Part shown: positions 19,861 to 28,912 of the stretch, in pieces
Numbering within the stretch: position 1 is the first letter of the stretch
How the letters are laid out: every line of letters starts with the position of its first letter
NCBI GenBank assembly: GCA_977020255.1
Contig: CDROCS010002814.1
Location: 1 to 64,000, forward strand
DNA: 64,000 bases
DNA from: Obrimoposthia wandeli
Lineage: Eukaryota
Reading direction: 5' to 3'
Notes under the pieces: model-generated
Seen by the model: only the letters and a program-made list of their open reading frames with translations
The model's database searches: none
What the model was told of the DNA's origin: nothing
Made by a program: the position numbers and the translations under genes

Positions 19861-20181
19861 CTATTGCATTGCTTGTGTTGGTGGTGGGTCTTGAGTAATT
19901 ACCATATCAGTCACTTCAAGAGGCTCATAGCCTTGGGCGGATTCCAGTAGCTTAGATCCCGCTGTTGCACTGGCAACACCGACAGAACCCACCACAATCA
20001 ATGGCAGTGCTACAGCGCTAGCAACTGCTTTAGCTGTGCCTACTACCATATGAGAACTCGCTAAAGCACTATGCTTACTTGCCTGTGCTGAGTGGTTTGA
20101 AGAGCCTGGAGCTGCAAAAGCGAGTGAAGGGACCAAAGTGAGTGTTGCGATAGCGGTTAGTTTTTTGATAATTGATTGCAT
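19861..20181 (-). CDS. Small exported Ala/Ser-rich hypothetical protein
   Basis: Signal peptide ending SLAFA, followed by a hydrophobic AVALPLIVVG segment. Co-oriented just upstream of DUF2145. Confidence 0.72.
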   Translation of the reverse strand: MQSIIKKLTAIATLTLVPSLAFAAPGSSNHSAQASKHSALASSHMVVGTAKAVASAVALPLIVVGSVGVASATAGSKLLESAQGYEPLEVTDMVITQDPPPTQAMQ

Positions 20182-20309
20182 AATATTTACCTTTGAAGTT
20201 ATTAGGAGTGCTTGTTGAGAAAATCAATTATTCATTTAACTAGACTAAAGATAAACTTTGTTGTTTGTTGTATAGTTACCTTCCACCTTAAGTATAGAAA
20301 TACAATACT

Positions 20310-21041
20310 ATGAGCCAAGTTGAACAGATTACTTCTATTGTTAAAGGATTACTTAAGCAGCAAAGAATTACTTATTATGATCTGGCAGAGGCATTGGCAA
20401 TGAGTGAGGCTAATGTAAAGCGTATGTTTGCCAAACAAGCTATTAGCTTGCAGCGATTAGAGCAAATATGTAACGTCTTAAAGTTAAGTATGAGTGAGTT
20501 ATTTTTGTTAATAGAAAGGCAAAAAGAGCAAGTGACGACTTTAACGAAAGAACAAGAACAACAGCTAGTTAAAGATGTCAGGTTACTATTAATCGCTGTT
20601 TGCGTTAGAGACGCTTGGACAGTTGAAGAAATTTTGCACCATTATCAAATTGGAGAGCATGAGTGTATACAATTATTAGCTCGCTTGGATAAACTGAAAA
20701 TGATTGAGTTATTGCCGGGCAATCAGTATCGGTTACTAATAGCACAAGACTTTAAGTGGCTACCTAATGGACCTTTAGAGCGTTACATCACACACTATGT
20801 AATTAAAGATTTCATGGCGGCTGGATTTAAAGAAGCTGAGAGTTTCCGCTTTTATATGCCAGGGACATATTCTGTAACATCAGTAGACTTTTTGCGCAGG
20901 CGTTTAGAAGAGCTAACCAGAGAAGCCGCTAGCTTAAACGAGCAAGATGCAAAATTACCCGTGAGTCAAAGGCAGCGTATTGGCTTATTAGTTGCTATGC
21001 GCCCTTGGGAATTAGAGCAGTTTCAGAAACTACGCAACTAA
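20310..21041 (+). CDS. XRE/Cro-C1 family transcriptional regulator with a C-terminal domain
   Basis: HTH ITYYDLAEALAMSEANVKRMF...ISLQRLEQIC. Divergent from the DUF2145 pair. Confidence 0.88.
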   Translation: MSQVEQITSIVKGLLKQQRITYYDLAEALAMSEANVKRMFAKQAISLQRLEQICNVLKLSMSELFLLIERQKEQVTTLTKEQEQQLVKDVRLLLIAVCVRDAWTVEEILHHYQIGEHECIQLLARLDKLKMIELLPGNQYRLLIAQDFKWLPNGPLERYITHYVIKDFMAAGFKEAESFRFYMPGTYSVTSVDFLRRRLEELTREAASLNEQDAKLPVSQRQRIGLLVAMRPWELEQFQKLRN

Positions 21042-21164
21042 ACGATAGCATGGGTCGTGGATATAACAGCGGCTAAGAATGTTGCTTCATAACGGCGTTT
21101 TATCTGCTCACAGTTCCCCTTTTAATGTCTGCTTTGTGTCTGGCCATTATTTTGCCATCTAGGG

Positions 21165-21318
21165 TCATTGCTGTCCGGTTAAAAAATGTAAGCCCTTTAC
21201 TCATTGATTTGTGGTTTTCTATCATGGAAAAATAGATGTTTTTTAGCTAAGGAGTATTTTCCGTTAACGTAAAATTAATGAGTTAGAGAGCAACAAAAAT
21301 TAAACCAGACACTAATGA
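21165..21318 (+). mobile_element. MITE-like repeat, copy A (154 bp)
   Basis: TIR TCATTGCTGTCCGGTT ... AACCAGACACTAATGA, flanked by TCTAGG on both sides. Homologous to the copies at 25902, 26724 and 54162. Confidence 0.82.
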
Positions 21319-21431
21319 TCTAGGATGAGTTTTAGGGGAGGTTTCCGTCACACCTTTGTGTGAATTTAGTCAGTATTTTTTCATGTGAAGTCCCTTGGTA
21401 TAATTAAGCTGTTGTAAGAAAAATTAAAGGA

Positions 21432-21926
21432 ATGAAAATGATACGTGACGCACAAGAAGAAGATTGTCTTAATTTGGCCGTTTTGAGCTTACAGGTCTGG
21501 CTGAAAACCTATGCGATTGAAGGGATTCGAACTGAATATTCAAAATACGTCATTTCAACTTTTACAGAGCTATATTTTAAGGGTTTACTAGACAATCCGA
21601 ATTACCGTTTGCTAGTGAGCGAAGCAGAAGGGGTTCTTCAAGGCTTTATCCTGATCAATTTAGCGTCTCGCTTTGAAAGCGAAGTAAACGGGTTTGAAAT
21701 TGAAAAACTATACGTACATGAAAAATTTATCGGCAAAGGCTTAGGTCGGCAACTTATTTTCAATATCGAACAAAGGTTTGGAAATAGGTTTTGGTTATAC
21801 ACATGGGTTGAAAACGAATCAAATGAATTCTATAAATACTTGGGTTTTCAAAATATTGGGCAATTAAGCTTTCAATTTAATCATTCAACAATTGTAAATA
21901 ATGTATACGCTTTCAGTCGCGAGTAA
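21432..21926 (+). CDS. GNAT family N-acetyltransferase
   Basis: IEKLYVHEKFIGKGLGRQL acetyl-CoA motif and FYKYLGF. An extended -10 (TGGTATAAT) lies upstream. Confidence 0.9.
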   Translation: MKMIRDAQEEDCLNLAVLSLQVWLKTYAIEGIRTEYSKYVISTFTELYFKGLLDNPNYRLLVSEAEGVLQGFILINLASRFESEVNGFEIEKLYVHEKFIGKGLGRQLIFNIEQRFGNRFWLYTWVENESNEFYKYLGFQNIGQLSFQFNHSTIVNNVYAFSRE

Positions 21927-22004
21927 TATAGGTAGCCACGTAAATTCGTCGACGTACAATTAAAATGTAATATTTCTTCGCAGCAATTGTTACTCAATTA
22001 GCAG

Positions 22005-22149
22005 TTGACATTAATACGCCTACAAAAGATGATGAGCTTATGAATTTAAATCTTACGCAACAAATATTTCGAATTATCATCATTCCATAGGAATGGTGGG
22101 ATTTTTGACGCGTTTTTAATTAGTCAAACCCGCCCAAGAGGCGGGTTTT
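22005..22149 (+). promoter_or_regulatory. Putative ribosome-mediated attenuator: promoter, Ile-rich leader peptide (22040-22090), antiterminator and terminator
   Basis: TTGACA at 22005. The uORF reads MNLNLTQQIFRIIIIP*. Mutually exclusive hairpins end in AAACCCGCC-CAAGA-GGCGGGTTTT (22126-22149). Confidence 0.68.
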
Positions 22150-22192
22150 CTATTTCTGCCTCATTGGATGGTTCTTTGTTCTTGGAGGTAGT

Positions 22193-22723
22193 ATGAAAAA
22201 AATAGCAGTTTTCGGTAAGCCTGGAAGTGGTAAGTCCACTTTGAGTAAAAAACTGGCATTAATGACAGGCATAACATTGTATCAATTAGATTCAATTCTA
22301 TATAAAAAAAACGGAGATAGGGTCGATCGTAAAACTTACGATAGGGAGCATGATGATATATTATCCTCAGATAGTTGGATCATTGATGGTTTTGATCTGA
22401 TTGAACCGTTTAATAAACGATTAGATGCGGCTGATACATTGATTTACATAGACCTACCTTATTTTATAAGCTATTACTTAGTAACAAAGCGACTTTTAAA
22501 AGGTCTGTTGGTTAAGCCTGAAGGTTGGCCAGGTGGTAGTTCTGTTTTGAAAGGCAGTTTGCAAAGCTATAAATTCTTAAAGCTTTGTCCAAAATTTTGG
22601 AACGATGATCTTTTGCAAAGATTAGAAAAAATATCGACGAACAAATCTTTATATGTCATTAGGACCATGTCTGAACTAAATGAGTTCGTCTCAAAGAATT
22701 CGCAGCTTAACCCTCCTAGTTAA
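22193..22723 (+). CDS. Adenylate-kinase-like P-loop protein (FlaR/topology-modulation family)
   Basis: Walker A GKPGSGKST, WIIDG, ADTLIYIDLP. RBS GGAGG. Confidence 0.85.
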   Translation: MKKIAVFGKPGSGKSTLSKKLALMTGITLYQLDSILYKKNGDRVDRKTYDREHDDILSSDSWIIDGFDLIEPFNKRLDAADTLIYIDLPYFISYYLVTKRLLKGLLVKPEGWPGGSSVLKGSLQSYKFLKLCPKFWNDDLLQRLEKISTNKSLYVIRTMSELNEFVSKNSQLNPPS

Positions 22724-23116
22724 ACCAAGATAGTTACATTTATAAAAACGTTTGCTTTGTGTTTTTGGCCCATTGAAATAGACCGTTTTAGTGTAAAAGG
22801 CCCAAAGCAATTGTTTTTAATGTTAACTTTTACTTAGCTGTGAATGACTGTTTACTGAAATTTAATCTGCCTTAAGCATTTTTTAGTTTAAATATTTGAG
22901 CTGTCTAAGCCAACATTAATTTGTAAGCCTTTCAATCTTTTTTTTAATAATCATTCATCTTATTTTTTCTATTGCTTTCATTTGGAGAGTATTTATGTCT
23001 ATTGTGCTCAAATAATTTTTCAATTGTTTTCGTTTATGTGGACATTTGTGTCATTACCTTTTATGGTTAGGGGCTCCATTGAAAATATCTTAATAAAAAC
23101 AAGGGAATAACAATAA

Positions 23117-24133
23117 ATGAAGAAGATTTTATCTACTGCGATCGTATTAGCCGCTATTTCATCAGCTGCAGTATCTGCAGGTACTTTAGAAAACGTTAAA
23201 GAACGTGGCGTATTGAAGTGTGGTGTATCTCTTGGTCTAGCAGGTTTTTCTGTGCCTGATGATGCCGGTATGTGGAAAGGGCTAGACGTAGATTACTGTC
23301 GAGCAATTGCGACCGCTGTATTAGGTGATCCGGCTAAGGTTGAGTTTGTGCCACTTTCATCTAAAGTACGTTTAGAGGTATTAAAATCAGGTGAAATTGA
23401 TGTGCTTTCTCGCACCACAACCTGGACATTCACACGTGATACCAGTTTAGGTCTTAACTTTGCAGGTGTTAACTATTACGACGGCCAAGGTTTCATGGTA
23501 CCGACAGCATTAGGTGTGACTTCTGCTAAAGGCTTAGATGGCGCATCCGTTTGTGTACAAACAGGCAGCACAACAGAATTAAACTTAGCTGAATACTTCA
23601 AGCTAAATGGTATGAAGTATGAATCAGTACCGATTGAATCGCCAGCTGAGGCGCGCCAAAACTACATTGCAGGGCGTTGTGATGTATACACGACTGATGC
23701 TTCTGGTTTAGCTGCACAGCGTTCTGTATTTGAAACGCCAGCAGATCACTTAATATTGCCAGAGATCATCTCTAAAGAGCCTTTAGGTCCAGTAGTTCGC
23801 CACGGCGATGATCAATGGTTTGATATTGTTAAGTGGACTCACAATGTATTGTTAGCTGCTGAAGAAATGAATATTACTTCTAAGAATTTAGATGAGCGCG
23901 GTGCCAATAAAAATGATCCATCTGCGCAAGCACTTTTAGGTGAAGGTAATGCCAAGTTAGGTTTAATGTTAGGTTTAGAGAAAAAATGGGCTTATAACAT
24001 TATCAAAAATGTTGGTAACTATAGCGAGATTTTCGAGCGTAACGTAGGTAAAGAGACTCCGCTGAAATTAGAGCGAGGCTTAAATGCTTTATGGACCCAA
24101 GGTGGCATTCAATACGCACCACCAGTAAAATAA
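23117..24133 (+). CDS. aapJ: General L-amino acid ABC transporter substrate-binding protein
   Basis: GTLENVKERGVLKCGV, GLDVDYCRAIA, RTTTWT, YYDGQGF, ISKEPLGP and GLNALWTQGG. Confidence 0.92.
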   Translation: MKKILSTAIVLAAISSAAVSAGTLENVKERGVLKCGVSLGLAGFSVPDDAGMWKGLDVDYCRAIATAVLGDPAKVEFVPLSSKVRLEVLKSGEIDVLSRTTTWTFTRDTSLGLNFAGVNYYDGQGFMVPTALGVTSAKGLDGASVCVQTGSTTELNLAEYFKLNGMKYESVPIESPAEARQNYIAGRCDVYTTDASGLAAQRSVFETPADHLILPEIISKEPLGPVVRHGDDQWFDIVKWTHNVLLAAEEMNITSKNLDERGANKNDPSAQALLGEGNAKLGLMLGLEKKWAYNIIKNVGNYSEIFERNVGKETPLKLERGLNALWTQGGIQYAPPVK

Positions 24134-24164
24134 CTGCTCGATTGATTTAATACTAGCTTCCTAA

Positions 24165-24191
24165 TAAAAGCCTCTTCTTAGAGGCTTTTTA
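24165..24191. terminator. Bidirectional intrinsic terminator between aapJ and the MCP
   Basis: AAAAGCCTC-TTCTTA-GAGGCTTTTT between convergent genes. Confidence 0.85.
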
Positions 24192-24207
24192 ACACTCTTT
24201 TAAAAAG

Positions 24208-25854
24208 TTAATGTTTGGCTTTGCTAGGCTCCGCTAAGCTGAACTTACTGACATTGCTTTCAAGTGTGTGTGACAACTCACCTAAATTATGAGTAGTTTC
24301 AGACACTTCAACAATAGAGCCTTGGTTGTCAACCGCCATTTTTTGAATCTTCTGCACTTCTTGATCAATCTGCTCACTATCTTGTGTTTGTGATGCTACC
24401 GCTGATTCAAGTAAATTTAGTTGCTCAACGGATGCCTTAGCGCCTTCATTAAGTTCATTTAATGGTTGTACCATTTCGCGAATTAATAAAATACCCGCTT
24501 CTAACTCTTCTCTACCGCTGCTGATACGCTGTACAGATGTATCTGTTTCTTGATCTATAGCATCTATTACTGCGTTTATTTCAGAAGTGGCGGCTTCAGT
24601 ACGTAAAGCTAAATTGCGCACTTCATCTGCTACTACTGAAAAGCCACGGCCGGACTCGCCAGCTCTAGCCGCTTCTATTGCGGCATTAAGCGCTAGTAAA
24701 TTGGTCTGTTCCGCTATTTTTCTAACGGTGGTCACGAGAACCCGTACGGAAACTGAACGCTCTTTTAAAGTATCTACCGCTTGAGCAGAACTTTTGATTG
24801 ATGCTGAAATTACATCAAATTCTTGGGTGGCACGTTCAATAAGCTGTTGGCCAGTTGCCGCGAGCTGTTTGGCATTATCTGCTTGCTCTTTAGCCTGCGA
24901 AGTTGTTTGATTCGCGGCCGCGCTCTGTGCTGAGAAATGGCTAACAGTACTAGCAATGCTATTTACTGCTTGTAATTGCGTGCTGGATATTGACGCCATT
25001 TGCTCTACTGAGTTATCAAGAGATTGGCTAGAGCCCTGAACTTGCATTGCTGATTGACAGATAGTTGAAATAAGATTGCTAAGCTCTGAACTCATTAAAG
25101 AAAATGCGCTAATCAGTTCACTTAGTTCGTCATTACCAATTACTTTTTGATCAAACCGTAAATCACCTTTACTCATTTTTTTAGCGACAATAACTGCCGC
25201 TTGTATAGGGCGTACAATACTGCGACTGACAAACAGTGCTAGCAAAAATCCAATAACAACCGCTGTAATAGAAAGGGCAGCCATTAAATTAATTGAGTCA
25301 GAGCTATTCTTTTGGATTTGGGTAAAGCTATTTAAAGTCGATTGGTTTTGCTCACCTATATACTGTTGTATAGATTGTAATAAGGCGTTTAGCGCAGGGT
25401 GAGTATTATCGTTAAATTGGCTGAGCGCGCTTTCTGGATCCCACTCAACAAAATCAACTGTTTTAAGAAATTCTGTTGAATAGGTACTGCGCATTTGGAC
25501 GATATTCTCTAGCTTAGCATTTACCATTTTGCCGTTGCGCATCGCTAAACTATTGAGAATTTCATCTAACTCTTTATTGTATTCATCCATTATTTTATAG
25601 AGTATTACGCGCTCATCTCTATCTTGGTTGTTTAGTATGAGCAATAAGCTAATAGCTGAGGCCTGCGCTAAACGTTGCACATCAGCGGCGATGACGCCTT
25701 GTGCAACATCTTGAGTTATTAATTTTTCAGAGAAATGTGAAGAGCGCTGTAAATTGGTAATAGCTAATACAGAAATAATAATCAGTAAGGCGAGTAAGCT
25801 GACATAGCTTACTGTTAAGCGCGTGCTGATTTTGAAATTTCTTAGAAATGACAT
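24208..25854 (-). CDS. Methyl-accepting chemotaxis protein (4-helix-bundle sensor, HAMP)
   Basis: Two TM helices, HAMP, and the signalling tip [34 protein letters not shown]. Confidence 0.96.
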   Translation of the reverse strand: MSFLRNFKISTRLTVSYVSLLALLIIISVLAITNLQRSSHFSEKLITQDVAQGVIAADVQRLAQASAISLLLILNNQDRDERVILYKIMDEYNKELDEILNSLAMRNGKMVNAKLENIVQMRSTYSTEFLKTVDFVEWDPESALSQFNDNTHPALNALLQSIQQYIGEQNQSTLNSFTQIQKNSSDSINLMAALSITAVVIGFLLALFVSRSIVRPIQAAVIVAKKMSKGDLRFDQKVIGNDELSELISAFSLMSSELSNLISTICQSAMQVQGSSQSLDNSVEQMASISSTQLQAVNSIASTVSHFSAQSAAANQTTSQAKEQADNAKQLAATGQQLIERATQEFDVISASIKSSAQAVDTLKERSVSVRVLVTTVRKIAEQTNLLALNAAIEAARAGESGRGFSVVADEVRNLALRTEAATSEINAVIDAIDQETDTSVQRISSGREELEAGILLIREMVQPLNELNEGAKASVEQLNLLESAVASQTQDSEQIDQEVQKIQKMAVDNQGSIVEVSETTHNLGELSHTLESNVSKFSLAEPSKAKH

Positions 25855-25901
25855 AAACTTCTCCGATAGGGCGACAATAGAGTTTAACTAATTTAGTAAG
25901 C

Positions 25902-26006
25902 ACATCTGCGTCCGGTTTATTTTTTGTTGTTCTTTAAACCATTGATTTTACGTTAATCACAACTCAATGAGTAAAGAGCTTACACTTTTTAACAGGACAG
26001 CAATGT
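25902..26006 (-). mobile_element. MITE-like repeat, copy B (internally deleted, 105 bp)
   Basis: Keeps both ends (CGTCCGGTTT ... AACAGGACAGCAATGT) and GAGTAAAGAGCTTACACTTTTTAA, but lacks ~50 bp of the centre. Confidence 0.75.
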
Positions 26007-26425
26007 AGTCAGTATACAAATAATTGATAGATATGAATTATCTGCATTTATTGAAATAAGTGCGATTAAGCTCAAGGTAATCAATAAATATGTAGGGATT
26101 ACTTATCTAGTGTTCAGCAAAACTTAGATACTTTTAAAATATATTCTTATATTAGGATTGTAGAAAGAACAAATAGTTTAAATTATGCGTTCTATTTAAC
26201 TGTATATTAGCAGTTTATTTAACGCGAAAGGGGGCTATGCACTAATAATATTAGCTAAGACTACAATTATAATCGCATTATTTTAGATGATGCTTAATGT
26301 TTGTAAACTACTGGTTAATAAAAATTAATGTAAGATGAAGAAGCGCTGCAAGGGTATTGGTATAACTTTAATGAGTAAGTATTTTTTGTTTTCAATATTC
26401 ACTAAGAGCGGCTTATTAGGATATG

Positions 26426-26671
26426 TTAATTAAACGAGACCTTTTGAAAGTGTGGGTTTTGAATACTTACTTGCAAAGTCAGTATCGAATCTAGAACGAC
26501 CAGCGCTTCACCGTTCTCTGTCTTTATTTTAATTAGTTCTTCGCGCTGTTGATTACGTTGAGTATCTACAGCGATCCCCTGAATTATATTGCCTGTTTTT
26601 AAAGTCAATTTAACTGGGTAATTAAACATACAAACAATCTCAATATAATCATAGTCAGCGCAGCTAATCAT
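26426..26671 (-). CDS. rof: Rho-binding antiterminator Rof (YaeO)
   Basis: MISCADYDYIEIVCMFNYPVKLTLKTG, typical of Rof. Confidence 0.9.
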   Translation of the reverse strand: MISCADYDYIEIVCMFNYPVKLTLKTGNIIQGIAVDTQRNQQREELIKIKTENGEALVVLDSILTLQVSIQNPHFQKVSFN

Positions 26672-26723
26672 CTAATTTATCCTTGAAAAATATATAACTG
26701 AGCAAAGAAGGCTTTGCTCAGTG

Positions 26724-26876
26724 TCATGAGTGTCCGGTTTAATTTTTGTTGTTCTTTAACTCGTTGATTCTACGTTAACGACAAGTGTTATTCGGCTGAA
26801 AAAATCCAATTTACTATGCTAGAAAACCACAAATTAACGAGTAAAGAGCTTACACTTTTTAACCGGACAGTAATGA
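26724..26876 (-). mobile_element. MITE-like repeat, copy C (153 bp)
   Basis: The reverse complement matches copy D with about 11 differences by eye. Flanked by CTCAG on both sides. Confidence 0.85.
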
Positions 26877-26921
26877 CTCAGCTTATTGCCCTGTAGGCAT
26901 TCACCTATCTTGAGATGAAGG

Positions 26922-27806
26922 TTATTTACTGGCCGTTTTAGCGCTCTTAACTACAAACACTACACCTATGACAGTCAGTGCAGAGCCAAAAATGGCGATT
27001 AATCCCAGCTTCTCGTCGAAAATTAGCCAAGATTGAAAAACAGCAGCAGGCGGTACTAAGTAGAAATAGCTGGTAACTTTTGCGACTTCCCCTTCACGTA
27101 TCATATAAAGTAATAACAATATTGCCAAAACCGACAAACCTAATATTAGCCAGCTCATGGCCGCAAAAAGCTCAATAGTGTAGCTAACCTGCTGTTCTTC
27201 GAAGCTAAAAGTAAGTAAGGCGACCACTACTATAGCGCCGACATATTGATAAAAAGAGCCGGTTAACAGTGATACATTACCCGCTAACTGCTTTTGTAAA
27301 ACGGTGCCAAGAGAGATACAAAGCAAAGCGATAACACATGCTGCTATTCCCAGTGGGTTCATTTGACTAGCATCGACATTGGCGCTGTCTAAAATGACTA
27401 AACTAATCCCGGAAAAACCTAAAGCTAAGCCAATTAATTGCTTAGCGTTAAGAGATTGATTTAAAAATAAGCGACCAATAATTGTGGTGATTATGGGCTG
27501 TAGCCCTACAATTATAGCGGAAATACCTGCAGGTACTCCCAGTTTAATCGCGAAAAATACTCCGCCTAAATAGCCGCCATGTATTAAGCTCCCTATTAAT
27601 ACTTGCTGCCAACTCTGTGTTGTATTAAGCCATTGCGATTTGTAAATTTTTAGTAAGAACCAAAAAATTACAATCACTACACAAAAGCGTACAAAAAGCA
27701 TAAAAAACGGTTCTATGTAGGGAAGTCCATATTTGGCACCAATAAAGCCTGTGCTCCATAGCCATACAAAGACGAGCGGGATCGCGCGGGTTAATTTGAA
27801 AGACAT
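26922..27806 (-). CDS. DMT/EamA family transporter
   Basis: About 10 TM helices; LWSTGFIGAK, PFFMLFVRF, GGYLGGVFFAI and VTSYFYLVPP. Confidence 0.92.
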   Translation of the reverse strand: MSFKLTRAIPLVFVWLWSTGFIGAKYGLPYIEPFFMLFVRFCVVIVIFWFLLKIYKSQWLNTTQSWQQVLIGSLIHGGYLGGVFFAIKLGVPAGISAIIVGLQPIITTIIGRLFLNQSLNAKQLIGLALGFSGISLVILDSANVDASQMNPLGIAACVIALLCISLGTVLQKQLAGNVSLLTGSFYQYVGAIVVVALLTFSFEEQQVSYTIELFAAMSWLILGLSVLAILLLLYMIREGEVAKVTSYFYLVPPAAVFQSWLIFDEKLGLIAIFGSALTVIGVVFVVKSAKTASK

Positions 27807-27809
27807 TGC

Positions 27810-28742
27810 CTATCCTTGGGTAATATTCTGCTGTAATACAGAATTGAAGATATTGATTAATGATCGGTTGTTGGAACGCTTACTGGAAATTGCTTTAAAA
27901 GTATTAATATATCCATATTTAGCGGCTAGTAAGGGACGTAATTGCGAACTTACTCCCCATTGCTCAACTAGCTGACTCGGCAAGTATCCTAAGTAATGCC
28001 CACTAAGTATCAATGACATACGTGCTTCTTGGTGATGTGCTTGGCAAGCTATCTGCCAGTTCTTCATTTCTGCGAACGGTTCTTGTCCCGCTCTAAGTCT
28101 GGGTGATTCTACAAACTTATAGTCAGAAAAATCAACACAATTAACCTGTGAATCCGACAAACTAAACAATGGATGCTTTTGAGAGCAGTAAAGTTGCATG
28201 CGTTCGGTAAATAAGTCTGTGGCATCAAGTTGCGCTAAATCTTGCATAGGCACAGTAATACCTATATCAGCTGCTCCTTCAATAACGGCACTGACAATCG
28301 CGTTCGATTCCATAACACTGATGTTTATATTAACTTTGGGAGCCAATTTTAAAAAATCATCGATGGCATTAACGATGCAGTAGTTATCTATGCCTAAGGT
28401 ATGTTCAGCGCAAATCACATGTAATTCTCCTAGCAGTAATTGGTGAGAATCGTTGATAGTATTACGAAATTTTTGTAGAGCAGATAATAGCTCTAAAGAT
28501 GCGTCATACACTAATTTTCCTTGCTCGGTGATATAGAAGCCCTTACGGCCACGCTCACACAAGCGCATATCTAAACGTTTCTCTAAATCAGACAAGTAGT
28601 TTGAAATAGTTGAATTGGCTAGGTTTAATTGAATTTCTGCGGCGCTTATACCATTTGCATCAACCACTGCTTTAAAAATGCGCAATAATTTTATATCTAT
28701 ATCAGCGAGCTGCCCACTTAAAGCGATCTTTTTGAAGCCCAT
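27810..28742 (-). CDS. LysR family transcriptional regulator
   Basis: HTH DIKLLRIFKAVVDANGISAAEIQLNLANSTIS, LEKRL and RGRKGF. Start placed at the ATG after AGGAGG; the ORF track starts at 28775. Confidence 0.92.
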   Translation of the reverse strand: MGFKKIALSGQLADIDIKLLRIFKAVVDANGISAAEIQLNLANSTISNYLSDLEKRLDMRLCERGRKGFYITEQGKLVYDASLELLSALQKFRNTINDSHQLLLGELHVICAEHTLGIDNYCIVNAIDDFLKLAPKVNINISVMESNAIVSAVIEGAADIGITVPMQDLAQLDATDLFTERMQLYCSQKHPLFSLSDSQVNCVDFSDYKFVESPRLRAGQEPFAEMKNWQIACQAHHQEARMSLILSGHYLGYLPSQLVEQWGVSSQLRPLLAAKYGYINTFKAISSKRSNNRSLINIFNSVLQQNITQG

Positions 28743-28912
28743 CAATCCTCCTGATAAATACTTTTGTTTATCCAATTATAAATCTTTAGATAGTATTATA
28801 TAAACAAGAATAAAAATAATTTATAAAGGCGTCAATCAACATTGAAGTATAAACGTCATTTTTGAGTTCTCTTTATTGAAATTAGCTAAAGAAACTCATA
28901 GCGGAGTCAAGC

